This document shows, piece by piece, positions 38,516-56,268 of a DNA stretch of 64,000 nt; within the stretch, counting starts at the first letter, position 1; every line of letters starts with the position of its first letter. The stretch is from the NCBI GenBank assembly GCA_046563655.1, contig CM102284.1:6758001-6822000 (forward strand), given 5' to 3'. The stretch is from Yuukianura sp. NJ FZ-2021. Taxonomy: Eukaryota. The translations under genes were made by a program, and so were the position numbers. The notes under the pieces are model-generated. The model worked only from the letters and a program-made list of their open reading frames with translations, was not told the DNA's origin and searched no databases.

Positions 38516-41500
38516 ACTCTGACATCAAATTTCAATAAATTTGAGTTTGGCTTCAACTTTAGAAGCTATGCATTTGAACAGAAAAATATGACTCTTTTAA
38601 TTCAAACTTTACTGGAATTTAAAATTTACTGGAAACAACTGGAATTAAGTCGCCTAAATTCCAGTTGCTTCTTACGCGCGTAAAATTTCGATCATTTTTG
38701 GATTTGGTGGGGCTTAAAATAGTTGTAGTGGGAGAATGGATGGTGGATTGAGTTGATTGGATTTGGGGATTATTCTGAGGGGTCAAAGTTTAGGCGCGGA
38801 AAGTTTGGAGGGAAAGTGTGAAAGTTAGTGTCAATATTTCTAAGAAGAAAGTTGTGAAATGTGAACCTTAGAACATAGAAGCAGGAAGACAAGTCATAAG
38901 TTACGACCCTTCTGCTAGATCATACGACACTCCAGGGATCATCTTCCAATGATAAATTACAACTTCCCGACATGTCAACTTCCAAACTGAAGAGACAAAG
39001 TTCTTGTTCTGGACAAACTCAAAATGGAGCAAGGAAAGCGTTCAATCGTTGAAGTTTCACTTTCCAATTTTTACTTTCCTTTATTACTTGGTTCCTACGA
39101 AAAATCTCCTTCTTCTCCGGTTGCATTTTTATAGGAGATTCGCCAGTTGTGGTTATAATTTGAAAAAGATCAAAGCTTTCGGACATGTACTCTGTCCTTC
39201 TTCATGGAAAAAACTTAAAAACTTAAAAACTTTCTTTATTTGGTATAAAAACGTCGTTTCAAATACAAACTTTTGTGTCTCAAACTTAGTTTTTCTGTAG
39301 CTCTGTTTGAGAACATGTTTTTTTAGTGGTTGACCTTTGACCTTTTGTTATTTTGGAATTATGTAGCACCGAGTGCTGGAGCAAGAATGGAGAAAATGAT
39401 CAAAATAAGAAGGATTCTCCATGTGTATGACTTTATCTTTGGCTAAAGGGTAGAAAATCCTGTGGGAAATTTTCTTCTTGGAATTGGGAACATCCTGAAG
39501 ACTTGCTCTAAAATGACTTTCACTTTCACTTTCATTCCTGCACTTCCAAGGCCACCTAAACTTCATTCTTTCCATTTAGAACAACAATAGCACAAGAAAT
39601 CTACTTTCTGGAAGACAACTTACTAACGTTACCTTCGGCTACCCATAAATTATACCAGCGACAGTGCCGCATTATTTCTAAAGTTTCAATTTCAAGAAAA
39701 CGAATTTACCCTCGTTCTGTCTGAAATTTTCCACCGCGAGCATCTATTTAGTTTGTATTATTCAAATTTTTGTTTCATCGGGTAACTCCCGGGTAGTTTC
39801 TAAGTTGAGCCTAATGTGGATTTAATTCCTGATCGGATTGATTACCACGGTGGATACGATTTGAACCGCACCGTCAAAATTTCAGTTTGGTTTGGCTTTT
39901 AGCAGGGAGAAGTTTTAAAAATTTTGGGGGTTGGTCGATCCGACACGGATAATCATCCGCCTCACTTCTCCCTAATCTTCTGCTTCATGTATCTTGCTCC
40001 TAATGGAAAGCATGAAAGGAAGAAAATGGAGGTCACGCGACCAGAGGTCACGTGGCGACCTTCAATCCTTTGACCAAATATTGGGTAATAAACGATGGGA
40101 AACGATTTGGAGTTGAATGTTGAACCAAGCAGGGGCGTGGAGTTATGAGAAACAAACTAGGGAGGGGATGATTTCAAAACAGAAAAAATGAAAGTGAAAC
40201 CTTTGTGGTAAAACAGGGTAACACACACGGCAACTTTGTTTTTCTTGCAGAACTTTCGCTCGTGACCTTTTGTTTGAACAGACAAAACAATTTGGTAAGC
40301 ACATTTTTAAAACGAAACGCTGCTGATGATGGAATATTAATCAGAATTATATTGAAGGCACAGCAGTACAGAACTCATTTTTGGTTCGTTTTTTCTTCTG
40401 TTCGAATCATTACACTTGTGTAAAAATGGAAATTAATTTTTGAAAATACGGCTAATGCATATAAATAATTAATAACTTCACATTTAACTTTACTCAAACC
40501 AAAAATCTATCACTCTAACTTCTCTTAATTGTTACAATTTAATTAATTAATTATATTTTTGATCTATTGATTCAGTTGATGGTTTGTGCTGTAGGTCTTG
40601 TGGTTTGCAAAGAAAATTTTAGAGAGCAGATTTTTCTTGGAACAGAATTCACCGCAAAAACGGTTTTTGGTTAAAAATAAGTAAATCTCAAGAGAATTTG
40701 GGAAGCAGAGAATAAAATTGAATAAAAAATTGAATTTTTCTTCCTCAATAACTTTCTTTTCTCGTCTTGACTTTCGTTTTTCACAGAGAAGAAACGGAAA
40801 TTGAAGAAAATCAATTGTGAAAGTGTAGATTTAGGAATATTATTTGAGGTTTTTCTTTTGTGTTTCTTTTGAGTGTAAAAGGGTAAATAGATTTATATCT
40901 TTCTTTATCTCTCCAACATCTTGTTGTTCCGCCTTGTCTTACATGGTGAAAGCACCTAACTCTACCCTAACCTTAGTACTATGTTAGAATCCTCCTTAGA
41001 ATGAAGATGAACTTTGTATTTTACTTTCATTTTCACACTCCATTCCCAGGGATTCTTCTCTGTCTGTGTTCAATTGTAACCTCACAAGTATCAACTCTGG
41101 AATCAACTAGAATCTCTAGAGACTTGAGAACTCACAATTCGATTTAAGGAAGGAAGATGAACTTACTACGTGGAAATTCTCATATTGTTCACTTAAAGAG
41201 GCTCCTTTCTCTTCCGCCCTTCTTGGCACGGGCCTTATTTTCACGCCAAGACAACAGGAACAACGAACGCCTTTAAATTCCCGGGAGAACTCAAATGGAA
41301 AACGAAGTCCAAATGTACAACGAACGACCGAACCGAATCCGCCCACTTAATTTATTACAACGAATTTTCCAGCTTCCCGCCTTTTCCTGCTCGGCTTTCT
41401 CCAAAGTTCAAAGCTCAATTATACTTGTACGCTTGAAGTTCGGATCTAAGAGTGCTAGAACTTTTACTCTAGAATAAACAAATACTTGACACGAGAGCAT

Positions 41501-44500
41501 TTCAGAAATTCTTGAGTATTTTTAATCCAAAAACTAGCATTTTCACTTCATTTTTGAGAGTCGTAACTTTTCCCGTGTTGGGTTTAACTGAAATTGTTGA
41601 ATGGATTGTATATTTGGAGTAAAAGTTTGCCTTTTTGGGAAAAAGTGAAGAAAAGCAGGAATGAGAAAGTGGAAATTGTGGAGCGTGGCCTAAGTAATCA
41701 CGACGTGTTAATTAGGAATGGGATAAGAAACATTCCCCCAGGAGTCCTCTTCGTCTCTGCCTTTGGTCACATTTGAGCTTTCTCTGCATTTAGAAGGTTT
41801 GGTGGAAACTGAACTACCTTGTAATAAAACCAAAGTCAATTTGAAAATGAGGACTACGGACAATCCTCATTCTCTGGAATGTTAAGGAGTCCTTAGGGTC
41901 CACCTTAGTCAGTTTCACTGGACTTCTCAAGTCAATTGAAGAAACACAGGGTTCTGGTCCAGGAGTAGAACTTTTCATTAGAAACCAGAAGTAGACGCGG
42001 TTTCGTTTGAAAGTGAAAGTGGGTTGGAGGGAATTTATTTTAATATAATATATTTCTATTTATTTTTTGTATTTTGTGCCTAATCTGAGCCCATTATCAA
42101 CTTGTCTCCTCCCCTCACCCGCCAAACTTTCGAAATCTCTAAATGATGATTTATGGACAGAGAAAGTTGGATTTCACTGCTAGTGGTTGGGAGAGAAAGG
42201 CAATAAGGACGATAAGGACCAATGATGAAATAGGACTCTTGCGTTCATCAGCTCATTTGACGATCCTCTTTCGAAATTTGATTCTAAAAACGAAATTTGA
42301 AGAAACGATAAAACCAAAAACCTCGAATTATGATTTTGATTGTAAAAAAAGAAATCTTACGCAAAAGCGAGCGCCGCTGAAAAACAAATTAAACGAAACA
42401 AAGATCAGAGATTATGTTGCACAGATGTGGTTAAATCAATGACTTGCATGTTTTTAAAATTCCTAAAATTTTGATTATTTTTTTTGTAAGAGTTTTAAAA
42501 TTCTGGAAAATTTTTATTCATTACTTTCTCTCTCGTTTCCTTCCAGTTGAAATGAAGTCGTTTCTGGCTTGGTTTTTAATTTTCCAGTCTCATGTCAATT
42601 CCCAAGTGACTTGGAAATGAAGCCTCCCGGAACTTAAGAACTAAAAGTTGAAGCTTAAGAGAGAAAGGAGGAAATTAAGAGAAGAAAAGTCTAAATGAAA
42701 ATGAAAAGTTGGGGAGATGAGGAAGACAAGCTAAACAATTTTGTTCAAAATTTGAGTTGAAGGAACATGAAAATTATTTTTTGGGGGAAAAGAAATTAAT
42801 TTCAGTATGCAGAGGGAGACAACAGAGTCAAGATTTGTTCTTGAAAATGCTTTCACTCCTCCACCATGGCAAGAAGCTGCTGGTGAGATCACGTCCATTG
42901 GACTTTCTGGAAGGAAGAAAGTTAAGTTTCGTTTCTTGTTTCCAGTCACACTCACTCATTGGATATTCGTGACTAACGAGAATCCTTCCTTCCTATGCTT
43001 TCTTCCTATCCCAGGGGATGGATTTATCCGCACAGAATTTTCAGTCTTCCTTACTGCTCCTCTCCGTGTGTCTCTTTTTTCATCTTCTTTTTATGTATGA
43101 GCGTCCACCGAAGACCTCTGCTGCATCTGTCATTTCTATCTGCCCAACTACGCAATTTTGGAACAAAAAACTAACCTTACAAGGACTTTCTCTAGCATAA
43201 CCTAACTTTCTAGTTCTTTTTGGAAGCTGGAGGGTGGAGGGGGTGAAAGACAATGAAGCCAAGGGATGGCATGATCATGGACCATAAGAATTGGCGATAA
43301 AACGATAAGATTCTCGTTACTGAAGTCAACTTCAACAGTTGCCTCGTTCCGCTTTATGCCTTGTCAATAGGCTCTTCAACTGTAATAGAAACGATCCACT
43401 TCTGTACTTAACTTTTGGAAAAGATTTCTTGAAAAATCATACTTTCACCTAAGCAGAGCACCGTTGATGTTAACCCAAAGCGGTTTCAAAAATAATTGAA
43501 GTTCAGCGGTTTAAACGTTTTGAAGGAAAAAAAACAGTTTCATCAGAGAAGCTCTTCCTCAAAAATTTCAAAATCTTATGGTCGTAAACCAGAAGATGCT
43601 TTTTACATAAGTTAACTGTTAGGGAAAGTGGAAGAAAGTGGCATGAGATCAGAATTTTAATAAACGGCTGTAGAATGATTCAGAAAATGATTTGCAGAAT
43701 TCGAAAATTTCGAAATTTTGTATTGAATTTTCGAAATTTCATAATTTATAACTTCTCTACAATAATTGTAAACTTCACGATACAACAAAATTGACGCGCT
43801 CTAACTTGTATACTTGTATACTTTAATTGGACTTTGAGTAAACTAAATATTTATGTCGAGTTTTTCAATACCAAAGCTGAAAAGCAAAACCTTGCAAACA
43901 TGAAGTTTGAAAAAGAAAAATATGGGACTCCTTCCAACGCTCGTTACAAATCAAGATGTAATTAAGACCGTGTTAATTACAAATCTAAAAACTAGGTCCG
44001 CTTTATACAGAAACCGAAACTGAAAGTGGAGATATGACGACATTTTGATTAAAGCAAGAGAAAGTTTTGGAATGATTGAGTCTCACAAAGTAATAATTTC
44101 AGTCTATGTTATTAACCTAATCTAAACGTAACAAAGTAAGCTAAACTAAGTGAGTCTCATCACTCTGTGGTGTCCCTCTGGACCCAGCACAAGTTGTCTA
44201 GCCTATTCATTCCTTTCGACAACCAATTACTTTTCCCTATGATTAGTCACAGACTAACTCCATGCTACTACGAATATTTGGAACAAGAGTGGTGGAGAGA
44301 AAGTGCGGGAAATTAGATGAGATGAGGTGCGATGTTTCCAATCTGACAAATTTATCTGAATTGCTTTTTCCAGGAAAAAGTCCTTGGGGAGAAAGCACTA
44401 ACGATACAAGTTCCAACTACTTCTGCAGTACCACCAGCAGAATCCAATTCCATTCTCACTCTGCCCAAACAAAATGATATCCTACTCTTCCAGAATTAGC

Positions 44501-47500
44501 AATTGCCATTACCTCAACTGCCTGCAAACTTTCTCCTGCGATGATTTTTCAGTAAAAGTTGAATTGTAGTTGACTAAACACAATTACTCTCCTTTCTTTT
44601 CAACCTAACTATCAGTTCGAAAGACTTTTTAAAAAACTAAAACAGAATTTTAGTTGGAGCTTTTTGGAACTGAAAAACTGAAGTTTAGAGATCAGTAGTT
44701 CTGCCTCCCAAGTTACATCAGCAGTGAAAGTCAGAATAAAACTCGTAATTTCAGTTCCCTTTCCGTTTTTTGGAAAAGTGAACACTTTTTCTAGTTTTTC
44801 TTTCGTAATTTGACACTTTATGGAACTACAGTTCGAGCCATACGTTGTGCAGTCCCTTGACAATTACGACTTTGTAGCAAAGAAAAAAATTGTTTCAAGT
44901 TCTTCTTTTGACATTGACACCTTCCTCTCCCCTTTCTCTTGGTCCTTTCTTCCACTTAACCCAAAGCCACCAACCCCATCATCTAATTTGACACTTTACA
45001 AAAATTGATGGAACAAAAATGGCCTCCAAATTTCGAAAAACTGAAAAATCGAATGCAATTTTCTCTTTTTCAACCCTTTATCTCTTAACTCAAAGTGAAC
45101 TTAGCATAACCTCACGCATTTTCTGAACTTTCACTTTGGGATATAAAAATAATTTAGAATTTTTCATAAAATTAGAGTTTGGAATTTATGAACTTTCTCC
45201 CGCGAACTTTCAGTTTTTGTTGTTGCTGAAAATGGGTCTAATAAACAATGGAGCGCGTAATGAAATGGTAGAATGTTTCACTTGAGTCAAATGTATTATT
45301 CAGACGGCTAAAAGGCTACGGCCGGATGCTTTCTCTTCAAAAACTTTACCCCCACTGCATTTTTGAATTCCAAGTACAAATAAATCCTACTGGTTTTCGT
45401 CTATGCTAACATAAGAACAACTGAACTGCAGCGTTGTTGGTTGTAATTCTTCCTGTTCGGTTGGAATTAGACATGACTTTCCCTTGTTGTCTGAACAAAG
45501 AAGGGGCAAAGGTTGTCTAAAATATTTAAGAATCCATTTCTACTTTTTTCTGTCTACCACTACGTAGTACTGCCTTTGGATAATAAAATGGAGAAAGAGC
45601 ACGAGCAAGTCATGAATATCCAAATGGAACTTAACTTTATGTCTTACTTGTTCCTTTCACTTTCAAAAGAAAGTAAAAAAGACCAAAGAGGAAGAATAGG
45701 AAAAATTATGATTGTAGGCATTTGGCGTCGCGTTTCTTTTTCTGGAATAAAGAAAAGGAAATGTCGGAGAAAGTTTTGAAGCTAACCTGGTTCAAGTTAT
45801 TTCAAAAAGAGCAAATAACATAAAGTGAAAAATGAAAAAGAAACGATGAAAAACGAAAAAAGAAAGAGTTTTTGAGTAGACTTTTGTCAATTGTAGGATT
45901 TCGTTAATTTTTGATGAAGAACCAGGAAATTTTTCCACAACTTTCCAAATATTACTTTCTTTGTCGTTGCATTTTTTCGTTTCCACATTTCATGGGACAA
46001 ATTTTTGAAAAATTGGGCCGTTTTAAAAAAAGACTACACAAGAACTGCCCCTTTTGTAAGAACAAATTGGTTTGGTATACGTTATGACCTAACGTGAAGG
46101 AGAGGGCAGTTTGTAGAAAGTTGAATAAAAAAATGGAGTGTCAGGAAAGGCCGGCGCTTTCCCCAGGGGGCACAACCCGGGCATTTCAATTTGTTTCAAA
46201 CTTGGCTTTTTGCGCCTTACCCGGGTTTCGGATTCTCACGAGAAAAAAAGTGTTTCGAAATGACCAAACACGTCTAACGTCCAGTTTTTTGGTGGATTTG
46301 GATCTTAGAAATTCTAGAAATCTATCAGCCCTCTGATCCATTACTTTTGTTCAAATCCCACAAGGGGTTGAAAACTCTCCAAATCCAACCTAAAGTGAAA
46401 GTGGAGGAGATGGGATAAAGTGGGCTGATTTTATATTCAAAGTCCATCGGCAGACAATGGAATTGGAGAGAATCCTTACGCTCTGGGATAAAAAAAATGA
46501 AAAATGAAAATAAAATGAAAAAAAAATTCCCCGAGACAAAGTTGTCAGTGGTAATCACACTTTCCCGTTCATTTCATTTCTTCCAGAAGATGATCAGCAT
46601 CTGAAATGAAATCCAGGAGGGAAATCAAATGAAGCGTTCTGAATTTCGACTCAAATTTACTTTCTCCCTTTGTTTCTTTGATTTATTGCTGTCTTGGAAA
46701 ATATGGTTAGTCCCCAGTCATGACTCCGGAATCATGACTCAAAAAACGTGACAAAATTTACAAAAATTAAAAGTACAAAATTTCGAGAAAAAAAATGAGT
46801 CTGGAGAGTTTTCAAAGCACTTTTTTTAAAAAAGGTTAACGCATTAGGAAATCAAGTTCAAAATGAAAATAGCAAAAAGAGAAAGTTGTAAATCCGAGTC
46901 CATTAATTTCCTTGAATATTTTGACAGAGACAATAAATTACCGTACGGTTTCTCCATTGGACCAAAATGTCTCTCACTTTCTCTTCCCGCCATTCCCACT
47001 TTCCCGCCACTTTCTACTCGGGATGAGAAATGGTCCAATCCTAATTCTCATTTTCGGTTTTTGGAAAACTTTTCTGGGTTTAGAGACTACAGTGGAGAAG
47101 ATAGATTTGGTCCAGAGTAAGTCCAATGATTTCCGTTAACAAACAACCGAAGAACCCAAAGTTAGTTTCAGTTCTACCAACAGCAGCAAGAAGAGTAATG
47201 GGAAGTGTCAAATGAGCAAAAATTACTTTATCCAATACCCTTGGTCTCTTCCATAACGTTACTTTTTGCCGGTGAAAGTTGAGAAGTCGGGGTGTAGGGT
47301 ACTATGAAGCTTCACTAATAATAAATTATTCCCTGGTGACTTCCTGCTGGAAGTAGAGGGGCTGAGCAGCCTTGGGTTGAAGATGATCAGGTTACTCAAA
47401 CTGAGAACAAGATTTATCATCCATAAACCATTATAAATCCATCCTTCTTTTGTTTTCCTTTACTTTTTTTCTTTCCGCATTTAATGAATGAGCCTTACTG

Positions 47501-50500
47501 TTTAACTTTCAAAGTTAAAACAAGAAAAAAGTGGTTTGAGAGAAAAGTAAGGTCCCTCGAGTCATTAAAGTTGAATCCATCTTCGAAGAGGAGGATGGTA
47601 AAGTCCAGTAGGGACTTGAATATTCTAGAAGAAACAAGAAAAATTTCTCATCCGAAAAAATCAAAAACAGATTTTTTTTGTTAGGTTAGGCTATGCTAAG
47701 GTTATGCTGACCATCGAAGTGAATGTGGAACTACAAAAGTAAGAAAAACATAAGGGATGAGTGAGGGGAAGCTTACGAGAGAAATTGGAAGAGAAAGTGG
47801 AAGCGAGAGAAAAGGAATTTCCCTGTGGAATTTTTTAGAAACTTTTCCAGAAATTCTTGTTCCAGCTTTTTATTGTTTTACGACTTCCAGGATTTTGGAA
47901 CAGCTTTTGACTAGATTCTGGAAAAGTCGCAGCTAAATCTTCAGCGTTAGGTTTAAGGCAATGTTATGCTTTTGCGTTAGGTTTGTTAGGATAAAACTTT
48001 GGTTAGGTTCACGCCACTTTTAAGAAAAAAATTTGATCTTTAGTCCGGTTAGTTTCTAGTGGAAAGTTGGATAGGTTTCATCCTTCCCTTCTGGCGTACT
48101 GTTAGCTAATAACTTATGCTTGGAGTAAATTGGAAAATTACATTTGTACCCGCACCGGATTGTCGGGTTTCGTAATTTTGAGTCATCAAAACCCGTTTTT
48201 CGAAAAACCCGCCAGATTGTCTGTTTGTCCATTTACTCAAGCGAGGCGGTTTTGATTGAATGGAATTGGGACTTGGGAGAAAGTTGGTGTCTGAGGGGGT
48301 TGATTTGAAAAATAATGAAAGGGGGTTGGAAATGAACAATTTCCAAAGGAAAAGGGTAGGGTGATGGTGGTTTGGTTAGGCTGAGGGGGATGAAGAGTTC
48401 GGGAGCCTTTTACAATGGGTTTTCAATGGAGAGAAAGCAATTGGAGTGACAATGGAACATTAAACTTTTCCTAGGCAGAGCACAATGAAAGAAGAGGAAA
48501 GTAGGATCCGAGGATAACCCTATGGTGGTATCCATTTCCAGAGAAGAGAATCATATTGGTTACCATACGACTCTAGAAAATGTTAGGTTTGGAGACATAT
48601 TTTGAAGGGAGAGGGAAAGTTGGAAAGTAGCAATTCCAAAAGTTAAAATTATTGTCAGTGTCAGGAAGTCAGAGGAAGGCCTCGAGGGAACGAACGCCGA
48701 GAAACGGGAACGGAAAAAATAGAATTGGAAAAAAGGATTATTTATTGTTCCGTTTTTCTACTTTTTCGGTTTTTGGAAGTGGATATTTCAAAAAAAAAAC
48801 TTTCAATTTTAGTTATTGTCACGTACCTGAACAAGTCACTTCCTTTTATTTGTTAGTTGGACACACAAAAAGAACGATTTTTCAAAATTGTAGCCAAAAT
48901 TTGAAACATTTGAATCGTTCCAAAGTAAGACTGATTCAAATTGAGGTACTTATTGACAAGACAAATGGAGATTTTATGTTAAAATTTAAAATGAAATTTC
49001 AAAAAATTGGAGCACGATTTTTACAAGTTCCAATTTTTCATTTTGGCCTAAATTGTTTGAAACTGGTTGGCTTGAAATGTCTGACTTGTGAGCATCTGCT
49101 GCCTTCGGAAGGCCTTTGTAGCTGTTAAGCTGGTGGCTAATGTGTTTTGAAGTTGACCCCTAACCTAAACCTGATGTAGCTCAGTTGACAATTGGCAAAA
49201 CCCTAAGTTAATCCATTTCAGAAGAACACACAGTGACATGAGGTCAGTCAAACCTCCTTTTCGACACAATCGGAGCATGAAATCCCTACTTTTCTGTCGC
49301 ATCATTTAACACCAACAGCTCCCTCTTCATCCCTCCATCTTTCACTTTACCATCAAAACAAACGGATTAAATTCTTAACCTCTTTTCAAAAGCGAATTTT
49401 AAATTTCCATCTTCAAACAAGTACGGCATGAAAGTAACTGGGAACTTCAATTGCTGCAAGCAATTTCTTGAGCTTACTTTCTCCAAAAATATACTCAGGC
49501 TGCAAAATTCTAAAAAAAAAATCCTCAAAAAGAAATTCTGTTAATTTTTGGTCTTGATGAATCAAATTCTTCACACTCGACCACAAAGTGTTCCGTTAAA
49601 TTAGAAAATGAAAGCATTGTTATTTATTTTGATACTTTTAACACATTTTTTCTTATTACTTTTGAACTTTCACTTTTCCACTCTACTTTTTTTCCTACTA
49701 GCTGAAAGTGAAAGTAGAAATGAAATAATCAGATAGTAAATAAGTAATGATGGATGGAAATGGAAGAACTGGGGAACTGGGGATAATAAAACAGTTTCCT
49801 TGTTTTTCTCAAAAGTAGACCCCTGTTCCATCCAAAGCCTTCTTCTGTTGTTTTTATATTTTTTTGGCAAATCCTAAAAGAGAAAGCTTTTATTCGCCCT
49901 TTCCCCTTTTTATGAACATAAATAATGCATCATAAGCCCTTATGTCATCTCCTACTCATCCCCAAAAGCACACCAACTTAACAGCCAAATCCTACCAGCA
50001 GAAGGAACAGCAGCAGCAGATCAGGGCCCTTTGAAGGGCCAGATTGGATTTGGGTTAGGGGAGAGGGGATGGAAGAAGGGACAGGTCAAGGGTCAGGTTT
50101 CAAAGGAACATGGGCCTTCGGAGTTCTATTTTCCACCTAATATTTTATGTAACAAGTTCTTTTGAAATTGGTTTGCTCATTTTCAAAAATGTTACAAAAA
50201 GAGGCTAGCGTAACTTTCTTTTCTGTCTATTTTTCAAAAATCGTAAAAAAAGTTGATGAACTTACACTGCTTCTACTAGTTATTACTAAAACTGTACTGC
50301 TGAAATTTCTCAATTTTTGTATTTTAGTTTTGACAATTTTTGTAAAAAGGTGTTTTATTTGAAATTTGTAAATTAGTAATTAATTGGTGAAAGCTAATTT
50401 CTAAACTTCTGTTCATAGCCGGTAGCTTGAGGATTGTGAAGATGGATGAGCAGGAAGCAGGAGCGGAAGGAAGGGGTAACCCACGACACGTGACCTTCAA

Positions 50501-53013
50501 ACCTCCCCTCTGCGCTCTTAATTTCACGCTCTGTGCCTAATGAAGGGCCCCCCTCTTACCAAACAACTTAAAAAATCCATCCACTTTTTAAAAGATACAA
50601 AACAGTTCTTATTTGATCTCAAGTTGCCAGCAGGTCCTCCCTTTACAGAAGGGGGAACTTTTGCACTTTCTCTTCCTGGAAGGTCACGTGTGCTCAACCT
50701 TCCGTGGTAAACAAACAGGCCAGCGTCGTCCAGACTCGTGTCCGGAGGACTTAACGTAACAAAGGGCTCCCGGAAGGAACCAATCCCTTATCACTTCAAA
50801 CAAACACGAAAGCAGCATGAATAAATTGGATCAGCACCCAAGGGTCCTCCCTGCTCCTCACTCCCATAATTATCATCCGCAGTCCAGCATTGTGTTAAGG
50901 GCTCCCATTCCGGAAATCTCAAGGGCCCTTACTCCAATTCCGTCGATTCAAAAGGGGTAGGAATCTAAATTTTAAAAAATGAAATAGGCTGTTTTACTTT
51001 AAAAAATGAAAGAGAAAGCAAACAATGTGCGTGGTGTCCACTTCTGAAATTGAAACTAAAATTTGTTCAAGTACTAACAGCGTTCCTAGTTTGTAGTTTT
51101 TAATCGATTTCAAGTTTACACTGTCACGTAATAGAGGGAGGCATAACGATAAAGTAAAAGAAAAAGTTAGGCTTTCACTTGGAAACTTTTTCTGTGATAC
51201 AAAAGGTCACAACTTGTGATTAGTCTGATGCTTTCTGTTGACCTGGACTGATCCATTGAGACTCTATAAGCTTCGCTATGCTTTCCTGATGGAGTTAGGA
51301 CAGATAAGGGGTGATAAAGTTTCATTTTTGTGAAACCATTTACAAGGAAACGCACTTTGAGAGAAAAAATCCTTAGTATTACTGCCAAGGAAGAAAGGGG
51401 AGAAAGTTCTAGTCAAGAAATGAATGAATTTATGTCAATTTTTGAAAAGAAAAAGTGTCTAAAACCATTATGATTTCTTCAGTTGCAAAAATAGTAATTC
51501 TTGATAACTTTTCTTTGAGAAACTATGCTTTCACCCTGAAAAAAGTAAGTCAAAGGAAAGCAGGAAAATTTTTATATTAGAAAAGCCATTTTTCAAACTA
51601 TTCAATCATTCACGTATTCCCGTTTGCTGACACCTTTTCAATTACAAATGCATGTCACCTTAATCCAGAATCTGAGGCAAACGTACAATCTAAGGCTGAA
51701 GTGTCAAAATTTTATCATTTTTCATTTCAAAATTTTAGAATTTTGCAAAGTTTTCGAAAAGAGTTCGATTGAAACGAAGTTGTGAGCAGAGAAAGTGATT
51801 TTCACCCCAAATCCCAGCGGGAGGCGGACTGAAGGAGTCTCTAGTGACTGAGGGTTCCTCCCCTGAGAAAACCGAATTCTCCGAATTCCCCGAGGTTCCA
51901 CTACTCAAAGGTAGGTGGCTCACGTTAATATAAGTTATTAGCCTAAGTGAAAGTTTTCAAACAGAATTTTCCAAAAACCAAGAATTTTACTTTCAATTCA
52001 AATTTTGAATTTTGAACCCCAAAATTTCAGCCAATATATGGTTTATGATATAAGGTGACCAACTGTCTAGCAGTTTCATGCCTTTTGAGGTGTTGTTGAG
52101 CATAGAGCCAGTGCTGTACTGGGGCCAGGGGGTCCACAGTGGTAGAAAGTGAAAGCAAAGGAGGACGGGGACGCTGGGAGTTGAACTCGGAGAGGTTTGT
52201 GGACTTTCGTCCTGTTCTGGAATGGCTCAGGAGGGGACTTGGAGGCGGAGCGTCGGGATTCGGGCTCCGTCCGAAGTGCCCCCAGTCCCAACCTCCTCTT
52301 CCTAAACAACAAACCGACAAACCCCAAGCGAGATTTTCTCAGTGTTTTTTTCGGGCAGTCACCAGAGAGAATAAAATCCTACAGGGACTGTCGGAATGAA
52401 AATTTCACCAGGAGGACTTGTGCTGTTCCTCCGAGGGTGGTGTAGGCTCAAACTACCCGCTTTTCCATTCCTGGGCCCTTTGATAAACCCAAGTTGAGTT
52501 CAAGTCCCTTGGTAGTCCAAAGTAGGAGCCAGAAGTCAAGGACCCTTCATTTTCACTAGGGACATTCCAAAGCTCAAATCCTATTACTCCTACCCCACAA
52601 AAGCAGAAAAGACTTTTCTGCCTACTAACTGCCGTTGAGGGAACTTTTTTTCAGTCTAAGTCCCCACCCTCCTGACCCACTCTCGCTTTTGGAAACTTGA
52701 AAATCCTCCCCTTCACCCCCTCGGGGGCCCTTTTCATCCCCTAATTACTCCCAGGTCACTTCCTCCTTGCCTAAGTAAGCACACAGTTGGGACGCATAAC
52801 CAACTAAACTTTGCCAGTGAAAGTGACTTTCTCCAAAACCTAACAACCCCCTTACCTTTTAATTTCCAAATTCATTTTTCCCCACAAATTTTGGCAAACA
52901 AAATTTGATTTAAAAAATCTCTTGACCTTTACCTACCTGTCGCCTTTCACTCATCTTCCAATACGGAATCGGATCAGTTTGGAAGTTTTTTGTCCCATCA
53001 ATCTGCTGCCACA

Positions 53014-56187
<3,174 letters not shown>

Positions 56188-56268
56188 TAAGGATTTATAA
56201 CACTTTGGATTTATTTATTACCTTAATAATCAAGTTTTAATTACCATTTTAGTTAAATGCTAAGTTAT

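Noticed and set aside
39000-52500. ORFs upstream of collier (for example 48652-49128 and 52027-52445)
   Set aside because: No domains, Phe/Lys-biased or overlapping in several frames, and no supporting exon structure.
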